A program made the position numbers and the translations under genes. A stretch of 64,000 nucleotides of DNA, taken from positions 11,425 through 75,424 of the IMG/VR virus record IMGVR_UViG_3300045131_002907; one strand, written 5' to 3'. The DNA is from a virus. Below, in pieces: positions 48,982-57,622 of the stretch (its first letter is position 1; each line of letters starts with the position of its first letter). Below the pieces are notes generated by a model that had not been told where the DNA came from, did not search any database, and saw only the letters and a program-made list of their open reading frames with translations.

Positions 48982-49106
48982 TTCTTATCCATCTCACGCT
49001 GAATGAACGTACGTATGACTTCGGAGACCGAGACGCCCCTACGGGTAGCCTCGGCGCGGAGCCACTCCAGCATAGCTGGTGGGAAAAATATCTGTGATCG
49101 TATCAT
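48978..49106 (-). CDS. Ribbon-helix-helix (CopG-like) protein, 42 aa, not in the ORF track
   Basis: MIRSQIFFPPAMLEWLRAEATRRGVSVSEVIRTFIQREMDKK. The stop overlaps the tnpB start (GTGA). Confidence 0.8.
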   Translation of the reverse strand: MIRSQIFFPPAMLEWLRAEATRRGVSVSEVIRTFIQREMDKK

Positions 49107-49110
49107 GTGT

Positions 49111-49140
49111 AGTATCCTACCCCTGTACGGTGTATGTCAA
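49111..49140 (-). promoter_or_regulatory. Sigma70-like promoter at the element left end (near-leaderless mRNA)
   Basis: TTGACA-N18-GATACT followed by ACAC-ATG. Confidence 0.5.
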
Positions 49141-49232
49141 CCCACCACGATGACAGGAAACCGGGTGGTGGTGAATGGCGTGATCTGGTAGTAAACCCAA
49201 CACCGTTACTCTACCTTCTAAAGGACCCAATC

Positions 49233-49601
49233 ATGGAAGTCTCAGCTCCCGTTGTTGCAGTTGTATCCGGGAAGCCCAATAGGGTTCCCCTCCCCATACG
49301 CCCCACGATTTGGGGTCTGGTCCGCGCAGGTGTCGACTTTGATCATAGTGGACCTGATATCGCCGAACTATTCAAGAGGGGGTTCACTGAAGACGACCTC
49401 ATTGAATCCGGGATCTGGCAGCGTGCCAGCAGGGGGCGTCTGGTCCGCACTTTCGGTGGGTTCGTGCAGCAGTGCTATGAGCGCTGTGATTCCAATAGCA
49501 CCGCGGTCCTCGAACTCGCCTCGTTGAACTGGAACCATGGAAACCGAACAATCAACACAGTTAGGAAAGAGCATGGCGTCCATCAAAATCGAAGAAACTA
49601 G
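49233..49601 (+). CDS. Hypothetical protein
   Basis: SD AAGGA followed by ATG. Confidence 0.5.
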   Translation: MEVSAPVVAVVSGKPNRVPLPIRPTIWGLVRAGVDFDHSGPDIAELFKRGFTEDDLIESGIWQRASRGRLVRTFGGFVQQCYERCDSNSTAVLELASLNWNHGNRTINTVRKEHGVHQNRRN

Positions 49602-50478
49602 CATCAAGCTGAGCGCGAGTTTCGCGCTCGGTGCAGCACCACTGTCCTATGACCAAGACGATGGCTTTGCCAAATCGTCTACCAGGGTTCATTACGATGT
49701 CGGCCGCCAACCCCGCCGGATCGATTTCGATGTCGCCTCTGATCTCCTCTCCGAGATGTTGCTTGGTGTCGCCGGCAAGTCTCTCCCCGCGGACCTCATG
49801 CTCAGGGGGGTCGATGAAGTCTATATCAACCCCACGTCTAACTGGAGGGATGATGTACTCGTGAGCATTCAGGCATCAGTGGGAGACGCCGGAGAAATCT
49901 ACGGCCCCTGTTGGAAATCATTGATCGCGGAGAAGATGAAGGGGGTCATCACGCGATTCATCGCGATGACGCAGACCCCAGGAGCCCTGAAGTGGTGGGA
50001 ACGCCGTACAGAACTCGAGCGCCGGCTGAAGGCACATGACAATGCCCACCGGGGGTACATGGCCAGTGATGAGTTCTACAAGCAGCAAGCCGAGATCAGA
50101 GAACACCCCGATTTCGACAACACTGAACCCCCTGACTTCATCGGAGATGTTCTCTTGGCCACCAAGTTCGCCGAGCTCGATATCGCGATTACGGGGAAAC
50201 AGGTCCAGGGTTGGAAAGAGTACCCGCTTCGGTTCGAGGACATCGTGGGATCCCAGGATCTCATCTACCTCAACGATGGGGGCTACTCCCGCATGGGGCT
50301 CTTCATCAACACCGATGATACCATACGGATTGTCATCTGCATGAATGAGAAGTCAGACCACCATGGTCGCCAGCACGACGACGACGTCACCGCGAAGATG
50401 CGGGAGATCCAGGAAGCCGCGACGACGTGGTACCGTGCTGCCCTCAAGGAAGCCGGAGTGGATGCGTCATGCCGCTGA
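49573..50478 (+). CDS. Hypothetical protein
   Basis: Long ORF with SD AGGA. Confidence 0.6.
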   Translation: MASIKIEETSIKLSASFALGAAPLSYDQDDGFAKSSTRVHYDVGRQPRRIDFDVASDLLSEMLLGVAGKSLPADLMLRGVDEVYINPTSNWRDDVLVSIQASVGDAGEIYGPCWKSLIAEKMKGVITRFIAMTQTPGALKWWERRTELERRLKAHDNAHRGYMASDEFYKQQAEIREHPDFDNTEPPDFIGDVLLATKFAELDIAITGKQVQGWKEYPLRFEDIVGSQDLIYLNDGGYSRMGLFINTDDTIRIVICMNEKSDHHGRQHDDDVTAKMREIQEAATTWYRAALKEAGVDASCR

Positions 50479-50753
50479 CCTGGGTAGACAATACCAGAGT
50501 GGTCAATCAGGCACGTGAGGTTCGAGAGCGCCGTGCCCCAGGGTACCACTCGCACTCCAAGATCCTGCATGGGTACACGAACCCCCGGAGCTTCATGGCC
50601 CTCAGCCATGGGGTTTTCGTTGAAGCCGTCGCCGCAGGCAAAGATGGCTTCAGTGCTGTCCAGGATTTCCTGGATGGCACTGAACTCAAACATGGGCACC
50701 CGATAAGAAACCTCATTCTCGCGCGAATCGCGAAGGAGCACCCCAGTGGCTAA
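50469..50753 (+). CDS. Hypothetical protein
   Basis: Overlap-coupled ORF. Confidence 0.45.
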   Translation: MPLTWVDNTRVVNQAREVRERRAPGYHSHSKILHGYTNPRSFMALSHGVFVEAVAAGKDGFSAVQDFLDGTELKHGHPIRNLILARIAKEHPSG

Positions 50754-51012
50754 GAAAGCGAAGAAGACCAAGAAGAAGAAGTCCAACATTGCGACGTTAC
50801 GAGAGACCTTGTTGGTCCTCGAGGATGACGCCGCATTCTCGGGTACCGAGGGGTTCATCCGGCAGTGGAAGGATGTCTCGGATTCCGATTTTGATCTCCT
50901 GGAGAATGGGCATCTCCCCGATGCCTCTCCTGATGTCGAGATCAGCATTATGACCTTGCTTAATGAAGCCAAGGCAGCCGGTCTCCCCTGTGTTAAAAAC
51001 CTGGTTTATTGA
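50746..51012 (+). CDS. Hypothetical protein with Lys-rich N-terminus
   Basis: SD AAGGAG followed by GTG. Confidence 0.55.
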   Translation: MAKKAKKTKKKKSNIATLRETLLVLEDDAAFSGTEGFIRQWKDVSDSDFDLLENGHLPDASPDVEISIMTLLNEAKAAGLPCVKNLVY

Positions 51013-51024
51013 GGAGGGATTACA

Positions 51025-51525
51025 ATGTTCGATGCCACTACATTAGCCAAAATTTGTTACTACGCCCAACAACATGTCAGTGATCCTCAGGCCTGGGATC
51101 ACTCAAAAGAACACCTGGATCACATCTTTCAATGCACATCTTTTACCATTGCTTGCTTCCTTGCAAACAATACTGTAGAGGGAGGTGGCGGTGTCGATTG
51201 GGACATTGTTCAAGAAGAGCTTTGTCAAATGCCCGCAAAGTCTCTCAAGCAGTGGGAGAGAATCATTAAAAAGAAGATTAAGGTTTTCGGAGGCTTAACG
51301 AAAAAGGCACCAACCGCAGCCCTACGTGACTCCATGATTAACATGGTGAACGAGTTGTTAGCCAATGACACCGGTGTTCGTGAGTCCACGTATAACGAAC
51401 TCATCCATCTCGTCAGTCTGATCTTGACAGTTGATGAGGTCGGTTTGCTCAAGAAGCATGTGGAAGCCACCGATGGACAATTCTACTTACCGGAGGGCAC
51501 CTACTTTGATCCACCTAAGGCATAG
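51025..51525 (+). CDS. Hypothetical protein
   Basis: SD GAGGAGG. Confidence 0.6.
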   Translation: MFDATTLAKICYYAQQHVSDPQAWDHSKEHLDHIFQCTSFTIACFLANNTVEGGGGVDWDIVQEELCQMPAKSLKQWERIIKKKIKVFGGLTKKAPTAALRDSMINMVNELLANDTGVRESTYNELIHLVSLILTVDEVGLLKKHVEATDGQFYLPEGTYFDPPKA

Positions 51526-51539
51526 ACCAGGAGGTACCA

Positions 51540-51881
51540 ATGCCACGTAAACCCAACTCTGAATCGCTAGAGCGTCTTGGCTGTCATCACTATAAATCGA
51601 TTTCTGTTCCTGTGATGGCAAAGATAGTTTCTGACTGTGTGGGCTGGTATTCCCACCAGTTGTGTGGGGATAGTTTTCAGCGCGCCGCGGCGCAAGCCCA
51701 GGTGCGCCTGACATCGCAACTCATCGCAGCCTGGGTAGCCCAGCGTTGCCACACCGGGGTTAATCCAGATGACGTCAATCAGGTCTTGGTGCTGGATCAG
51801 CAATACCCCCAGCGCAGTTTTGCCCAATGGGAGTCAAACCTCCGTTTCCTCATCAGCAAATACAAGAGGAGTCCCAAATGA
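51540..51881 (+). CDS. Hypothetical protein (distant paralog of the previous ORF)
   Basis: SD AGGAGGT. Confidence 0.55.
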   Translation: MPRKPNSESLERLGCHHYKSISVPVMAKIVSDCVGWYSHQLCGDSFQRAAAQAQVRLTSQLIAAWVAQRCHTGVNPDDVNQVLVLDQQYPQRSFAQWESNLRFLISKYKRSPK

Positions 51882-52390
51882 GTAATGAACCCGATTTGTT
51901 CAAGGCCCTCGAGGCCACCCACACCCAACGCACCTCAATCATTGTCGCGAACCCTGAGACCGGGGCGATGTGGGCGTTTACCCCACTGCGTGCCCACGAA
52001 AAGTTCCTGGTCGCCGAGTGGGATCCCGTTACCGCGAAGTATGCACGGAGCACAGAGCAGCTCTCATTTCGAGCCGTCATCGAACTGATTTACGATAAGT
52101 GCAAGTGCTGGCGCATCGTCGCGGATTGCTCGCTCCCCGGAAAGATTGAGACCGTTGCGGTTCATCACGCCGATGGTACGGCGACATGGTACGTCGATGC
52201 CCCCGAACATGGCCTCGCCCTACCCCAGGGGTATTCGGTGCACCCCTGCCCCATGCAGGGCGGCCAGGGGACCCCACGCTGGTATGTCAAGGGTCCCGAT
52301 GATCGCGAAGACGGCGATCGCATCATCGAATGTGTTCACACCAGTATTGAAGATGCCGTGGATGCCGCCTGGGATGAGGTGGAGTCGTGA
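51878..52390 (+). CDS. Hypothetical protein
   Basis: SD AGGAG and ATGA coupling. Confidence 0.55.
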   Translation: MSNEPDLFKALEATHTQRTSIIVANPETGAMWAFTPLRAHEKFLVAEWDPVTAKYARSTEQLSFRAVIELIYDKCKCWRIVADCSLPGKIETVAVHHADGTATWYVDAPEHGLALPQGYSVHPCPMQGGQGTPRWYVKGPDDREDGDRIIECVHTSIEDAVDAAWDEVES

Positions 52391-52620
52391 CCAGAACCCG
52401 AAACCTATTCCCGAAGAAGTCTGAGCGCGAGTACAGTATCACGACTCAGGCCGAGCTCCGCCGGGCCTTCTGGGAGTCGAACCCAGAGTTCCAGCGCAAG
52501 GGCAATCAAGGCCAGAACTCCTACAACGCCACGATCCGTTCGGCGTGGTGCTTCTTCGTCGACGCCATGCAAAAGGATGGCCAGATCTCACACGCTCTCT
52601 CCAAGAGAGCCTGCCTCTGA
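52387..52620 (+). CDS. Hypothetical protein
   Basis: GTGA coupling. Confidence 0.55.
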   Translation: MTRTRNLFPKKSEREYSITTQAELRRAFWESNPEFQRKGNQGQNSYNATIRSAWCFFVDAMQKDGQISHALSKRACL

Positions 52621-52630
52621 AGGAGTCCAC

Positions 52631-53053
52631 ATGAGTACAGTCATGATTTCCGACATCGTCCAACGCATTGAAAACCTACCCCCCAGTGTTCTCCATAAGT
52701 TCTTAAAAATGCTCGTCTTGTACATGTACCGGAGTGGGTGCTTCGAGTTCGGGGGGCCCTACGACCCCGTCAACGGTTCGATTGAGAGCACAAGTGAGTT
52801 CCCATCGGGGTCTGATGTCTGCGATGCCATCGCACAGAACATCGAGGAGATGGGGATCCTGGCCCCAAGTCAACTCCCTATCCGGCTGTATCAGGTCGTT
52901 GCGATTTACGCCGACAATAATCAGCGGTACTGCGACGAGTTCTGGGCACCATCACCCCAAGCCGCCGAGGCCGCCGCGAAGGCGAAAGCAGCGATAGATG
53001 ACAACGAACTCATTATCGCCGGGGTGTTCCTCGACGGTAAGGTGGTTTCATGA
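52631..53053 (+). CDS. Hypothetical protein
   Basis: SD AAGGAG. Confidence 0.55.
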   Translation: MSTVMISDIVQRIENLPPSVLHKFLKMLVLYMYRSGCFEFGGPYDPVNGSIESTSEFPSGSDVCDAIAQNIEEMGILAPSQLPIRLYQVVAIYADNNQRYCDEFWAPSPQAAEAAAKAKAAIDDNELIIAGVFLDGKVVS

Positions 53054-53119
53054 AAAATGCAAAAAGCAATTGGCCCTACACCTTACTCTCATCAGCAGCA
53101 CCTCAAGGATGGGTAGCCC

Positions 53120-53311
53120 ATGACTCAGTACGACAACGCTGATTTCCGCCGGTTCTGCGAGCAGGCCACGGATCGCCAGCTCGCCAACATCATTTATTCA
53201 GAGCATCAGAACAACCACGAAGTCGACTGTGGTATCGCCGAGGGCGTCGCCATAGCACGAGGCTTCGATGCCACGCGCATCGAAGAATGCAAGCGAAGGG
53301 AAACCCCATGA
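53120..53311 (+). CDS. Small hypothetical protein
   Basis: Coupled ORF. Confidence 0.45.
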   Translation: MTQYDNADFRRFCEQATDRQLANIIYSEHQNNHEVDCGIAEGVAIARGFDATRIEECKRRETP

Positions 53312-53517
53312 GTATCCCAAAATACGTCTTAAACCGGGATGGCACCGAACGTGGGGAAACCACGGGGTCATCTCGCCTCTGCCGCCTCGAGAGCTGCGGT
53401 GGTCGCTGCATCGGGGTCCGCTGGCCCAAGAAACGTGGGCAGAAACGCGCCCGCATCACTTTCCCGTGCACCAAGGGTCTGCGGGTCGTCGACGCTGAAA
53501 CCGAACAAATCATGTAA
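53308..53517 (+). CDS. Small Cys-containing protein
   Basis: ATGA coupling and CRLESC motif. Confidence 0.5.
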   Translation: MSIPKYVLNRDGTERGETTGSSRLCRLESCGGRCIGVRWPKKRGQKRARITFPCTKGLRVVDAETEQIM

Positions 53518-53534
53518 CCAAGAGGAGGCCGGCT

Positions 53535-53798
53535 ATGCCAGCTAAGAAACCAGTGCTGCCACCACGTGTGAAGCCCAGCACCTGCAAGGGAGTCTATGGG
53601 TTCTCCTACGAGTGGTTCACGCATACAAAAAGCCCAGCGGTTATCAACATTCTACATGGTCATGCGCGTGAACGCGCCGAGCAGTGCATGCGTGAGTGTT
53701 ATGTTGCCGGAGAACTCGTGTATGAGTCTCCTCGGGGCCGCATCTACACGGGGTGGTGGCGAATCATCAAAAAGGAAGACCTCAATGCCAGCACCTAA
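53535..53798 (+). CDS. Hypothetical protein
   Basis: SD GAGGAGG. Confidence 0.55.
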   Translation: MPAKKPVLPPRVKPSTCKGVYGFSYEWFTHTKSPAVINILHGHARERAEQCMRECYVAGELVYESPRGRIYTGWWRIIKKEDLNAST

Positions 53799-54153
53799 AT
53801 TGCCCAGGGTTGATTGCTCCAATGGCGCCCCCATGGGTCGGGCACCATGGCCCCGAAAATCGATATGCAGCGAGGACCTCGACATCACCCAGGTCGAGTG
53901 TTTCAAGGAGCCCGCGTATTGCTTCAAGTTACCCCTTCGGGATGGCTACGATCGCGGGGGTGCCTATTGGGGTGGTCCCAATGATCTCTGGTGTGCCACC
54001 AATGGTTTCGAGGGGGACAACACATTCCAGATGTTCACCAGGGCGGGATCACGCCACGAAGCCCAGTCCAAGTTTGAATACGAGGCCCCGGGTCGCCTCA
54101 TGTGGCGAAAGCGGTCTGTGAACCCAGTACGGAGGCCCCATGCCCGACGGTAA
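53785..54153 (+). CDS. Hypothetical protein (GYDRGGAYWG motif)
   Basis: SD AAGGA. Confidence 0.55.
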   Translation: MPAPKLPRVDCSNGAPMGRAPWPRKSICSEDLDITQVECFKEPAYCFKLPLRDGYDRGGAYWGGPNDLWCATNGFEGDNTFQMFTRAGSRHEAQSKFEYEAPGRLMWRKRSVNPVRRPHARR

Positions 54154-54700
54154 ACCACCAGACGACATCAACCAGTTGTTTCTCAGCATCCTCCACAACC
54201 CTGAGCTATCCAAACAGGCCATGGAGGCTGGCAACGAATATGCTAAGCACATGCTGAACCGACCCTACTCGGTGCGGTTCAGCATACCAGCAGTAGCCCA
54301 CGCCAACGTGTTAGTTGAGGCCGATTCAGAGCTCGCCGCGATGACCAAGGCCCAGGACATCGAGATTGATCACGGTGAATGGCGCTATGGCGGCCCCATT
54401 GATCCCAAGGCGAAACCCCGGCCCACGCAGGTGACGCCGATAGGCTGGGGGGCCATGTTGCCACCTCGTCTACTCAAGCCAGGGGAAACCGCTGATTTCG
54501 AGGTTGTATTCCACAAAGTGGATACCAAGACGTATGTGGTCAACGCGAGTTCTCGTGAACACGCCGCATGCCTCGCCGAGCAACTCCGCCTCGACGGCAC
54601 ACCCCCGATGTCGTCATCAGACGGCATCTGGTCACCGCACATTAAACAACTCAGGAAAAAGGAGAACGCAGATGGGAAAGACCCCACTGGAAATCTTTGA
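54140..54700 (+). CDS. Hypothetical protein with internally duplicated domain
   Basis: SD GGAGG and two VxAxS..A segments. Confidence 0.55.
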   Translation: MPDGKPPDDINQLFLSILHNPELSKQAMEAGNEYAKHMLNRPYSVRFSIPAVAHANVLVEADSELAAMTKAQDIEIDHGEWRYGGPIDPKAKPRPTQVTPIGWGAMLPPRLLKPGETADFEVVFHKVDTKTYVVNASSREHAACLAEQLRLDGTPPMSSSDGIWSPHIKQLRKKENADGKDPTGNL

Positions 54701-55208
54701 CGAATTACAGCAGAGGTTGGCCCGACCAGATGGCACTGAAGCCCGCTTGGTCAGCGATCTCCTCGAGGATCACATCTCGAACTCGGAGACCGTTCACGGC
54801 ACGATCCCAGAGGAAGCCCTGGATCACTTTGATACCATGCTCGAGGAACTCCTGGTGACCACGATGTCGGTGCGGCGAGCGTTCAATAGACTGCGTGAGC
54901 ACCCAGGAAATCAGTGTCCGATCCCATTCACTCTCTGCTCCGCGGGAGGTGATGGCAGTGTTCTCGATGGTCGCATTGAAATCACATGTGACGGCATCGA
55001 GGTCGGGTTTAAGGGGTATGGGACCCCTGAGGTCAAGGGGGGTGCCCCGATACGCATCGAGCAGCAGAACGGTGTCGCCCGGGTTCGTGCTTGTTCAGAC
55101 ATCAATGATCCCCCGGGCTACCCCAGTGGTATCGGGTTAGGATTCGCCCGGGAAGAGTTCCGTATAAACCGCGATCAGGAAGGGGATTTATGTTCATCAA
55201 AACAGTAA
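54672..55208 (+). CDS. Hypothetical protein
   Basis: SD AAGGAG. Confidence 0.55.
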   Translation: MGKTPLEIFDELQQRLARPDGTEARLVSDLLEDHISNSETVHGTIPEEALDHFDTMLEELLVTTMSVRRAFNRLREHPGNQCPIPFTLCSAGGDGSVLDGRIEITCDGIEVGFKGYGTPEVKGGAPIRIEQQNGVARVRACSDINDPPGYPSGIGLGFAREEFRINRDQEGDLCSSKQ

Positions 55209-57598
55209 CATTGCGCAACTACTGCCAGCACGAGGACGTCACCGTTGAACTCGGCGCCGGCCTCAATGGCATCATTGGATCCAATGGTCGCGGGAAGTCC
55301 AACTTCCTCGACGCCATCCGATTCCTGCTCACCGGGGAATCCAACAACCCCGGCAAGAAGGAAGACAATCTCCGCTGGGGTGCGAAGACCGGCTGGGTTG
55401 AGGGCACCATCCGTTTCGGGGATACAGATTACTACCTGAAGCGGTGGATTACCTCGGCGAAGGCCGAGATGTCCTGGAAGGACAACACCGGTGGTGAACA
55501 GAAGCTCACCAAGGTTGCCGAGATACAGAACACCCTCAACGCCCTCACGGGATCCACTGCCAAGGTTCTCCTCGATGCAGTCTTGGTCCCCCAGGGTGCC
55601 ATCAACGCCGTACTCTTCCAGCGCCCCGGGGATCGCCTCAAGGAGTTCCAACGCGTCTTCGGTCTCCAGGGGGTCGCCGATGCCCATCGCTATCTCGGCG
55701 AGGAAGCCGCGAAGTACACGTTGACCCCAGGGCTCTCCCAGGCCCTCAAGGATTCCGCTCAGTTGCTCACCGCGGCGAAAGTGGAGGTCTTGGTCTCCCA
55801 GGAGACCTGTGCAGCCGGCAAGGCAGCCATTGAGGCCCTGGTACCAGCGGAGGATGTCCTGAGACGTGCAGATGCCGCACAACGCCATGGCGCCGCTTTG
55901 GCCCAGGCCACGGGTCGGCATCAAGCCGCACTCCAGGCCCAGGCCACGGCGCGTTCCGAGCTCGCCGCGGCAACAGCAGCCCTGGAGGCCAGGGTTGTCC
56001 AGGGGCTCACTGAAAAAGCGGACGCGATGCGGCAGCGTCGGGCTCAGATCGAAGTCGCGCTTTCCCAGGTCAGCCAACGCCAGAACGCGGCGGCTGCAGT
56101 GGCGGCTTATCAGGCCACTCTGCTCATGAACCCTGAGGTCACCGCAGAGGAAGGCCAGGCCGCGGAGGCCGCAGCGGCCACTGCGGCCGCTGAACTCGCC
56201 ACTGCGGAGAACGCGGCACGGGGTAACCGTGCCCAGACCCCCGCGGAGATCGAAGCCAAGGCAGCCCAGGAAGCCGCGACACGAGCCCTCGACGAAGCCA
56301 AGGCCCGGAATGTTCTCACCGATGCCGATCTCGTGGCATGGTCAGCGGAGATCAACCGGCGCACCGGTGATATCCAGGGTTTCGAGACCGGGTTCTGTCC
56401 GACTTGCAAACAGGAGGTCAAAGGGGGCCCCGCGCACATCGCCGCGATTCGTGCCTCGATCACTGAACTCACCATACAGCGGGAGAAGCGTCGATCCGAA
56501 CTCGAGTTCGCCAGGGGAGAAGAGATCAACCGGTGCATGGGTGACGTGCAGACCGCCGCTGCGAGAGTTCATGCGATCGCAGTCCAGGCCGCAGCATTCT
56601 TCAGCGAGCATCTCAAGGCGGCGACGGCGAAGGCAAATGCGGCATCCGCGGATCTCACGGCGAAGCGGAATGCGGCGTATAAGCGCCACCAGGCCCTCGC
56701 CGGACTCCAGTCCAGTAAGCAACTCCTGGAATCCCTGGGTGGGGTGGCCGCACCGGCTCCAGATGCGATCGAAACCATTGATCGTGAACTCGCCCAGATC
56801 AGGGCTGCCCTGGATGCCCACGCAGGACTCCAGCGCACCCGGGATGCCGCTGTGGTCAAGTTGACTTCAGCTGACAACGAGGTGGCCTCCGCGGAATCCG
56901 CGGTGATCGCCTTGGGTAAGCAGCTCGATGCCCCGAGCCCCCAGGAAGTCGATGCCGCTGTAGCGGATACCAGACGACTCGCCGAGCTCCGGAAGTCGCA
57001 GGCCCAGATCGAGGCCACCCATGCCGCCAATGTTGCCTCGGTGACCATGCGTCAAAGCGAGGCCAACCGTCTCGCGGAGACCGCGCGTCGTGAAGCCCGG
57101 GATCAAGCCTGGGTGGAAACCGTCAACAAGGTCCGTGATATCCTGCATCCCACCAATTTGCCAGCAGTGGCCATGCGGGAGTATGCCGCGATCATCAATA
57201 ACCAGTTGGGGTGGTATCTCGATAAGTGGAATGCCCCATTCCGGCTCTGGATCAATGAGAACATGGAGTTCCGTGCTCTGAAGCCAGATGAAAACGGTGC
57301 CGAAGCCGAAATGGACGCCGCCCGTCTCAGCGGTGGCGAACAAATCGTGGGATCCTCGAGCTTCCGGGTTGCGATGTCAGATACCTTTGCCAGGAATGCT
57401 GGGCTCATCGTTCTCGACGAACCCAGCAGCTACCTCGACAAAACCAATATCCACAATCTGCAAACCGTGCTGCTCGAGCTCAAGAAGGTTTCAGCGGCGA
57501 GTCATCGACAGGTCATCGTGGTCACCCATGAGGCCTCTCTCATGGGATTCTTTGATCAAACCGTAACCATTGGAAACAATGCCGCGTTGGCCTCCTGA
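55190..57598 (+). CDS. sbcC: SbcC/Rad50-like SMC ATPase
   Basis: Walker A GSNGRGKS, Q-loop, CPTC zinc hook, LSGGE signature, LDEP Walker B, VTH. Confidence 0.92.
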   Translation: MFIKTVTLRNYCQHEDVTVELGAGLNGIIGSNGRGKSNFLDAIRFLLTGESNNPGKKEDNLRWGAKTGWVEGTIRFGDTDYYLKRWITSAKAEMSWKDNTGGEQKLTKVAEIQNTLNALTGSTAKVLLDAVLVPQGAINAVLFQRPGDRLKEFQRVFGLQGVADAHRYLGEEAAKYTLTPGLSQALKDSAQLLTAAKVEVLVSQETCAAGKAAIEALVPAEDVLRRADAAQRHGAALAQATGRHQAALQAQATARSELAAATAALEARVVQGLTEKADAMRQRRAQIEVALSQVSQRQNAAAAVAAYQATLLMNPEVTAEEGQAAEAAAATAAAELATAENAARGNRAQTPAEIEAKAAQEAATRALDEAKARNVLTDADLVAWSAEINRRTGDIQGFETGFCPTCKQEVKGGPAHIAAIRASITELTIQREKRRSELEFARGEEINRCMGDVQTAAARVHAIAVQAAAFFSEHLKAATAKANAASADLTAKRNAAYKRHQALAGLQSSKQLLESLGGVAAPAPDAIETIDRELAQIRAALDAHAGLQRTRDAAVVKLTSADNEVASAESAVIALGKQLDAPSPQEVDAAVADTRRLAELRKSQAQIEATHAANVASVTMRQSEANRLAETARREARDQAWVETVNKVRDILHPTNLPAVAMREYAAIINNQLGWYLDKWNAPFRLWINENMEFRALKPDENGAEAEMDAARLSGGEQIVGSSSFRVAMSDTFARNAGLIVLDEPSSYLDKTNIHNLQTVLLELKKVSAASHRQVIVVTHEASLMGFFDQTVTIGNNAALAS

Positions 57599-57622
57599 GG
57601 TCCATCGCGGCGAGGAGTCGCG

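Larger units (their letters stand above)
47741..49143 (-). mobile_element. Non-autonomous IS607/IS1341-like element (RHH + TnpB, no TnpA)
   Basis: Antisense island with CCC at both junctions (47738-47740 and 49141-49143). Right end ...GAGAACGG with a subterminal hairpin. Confidence 0.7.
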
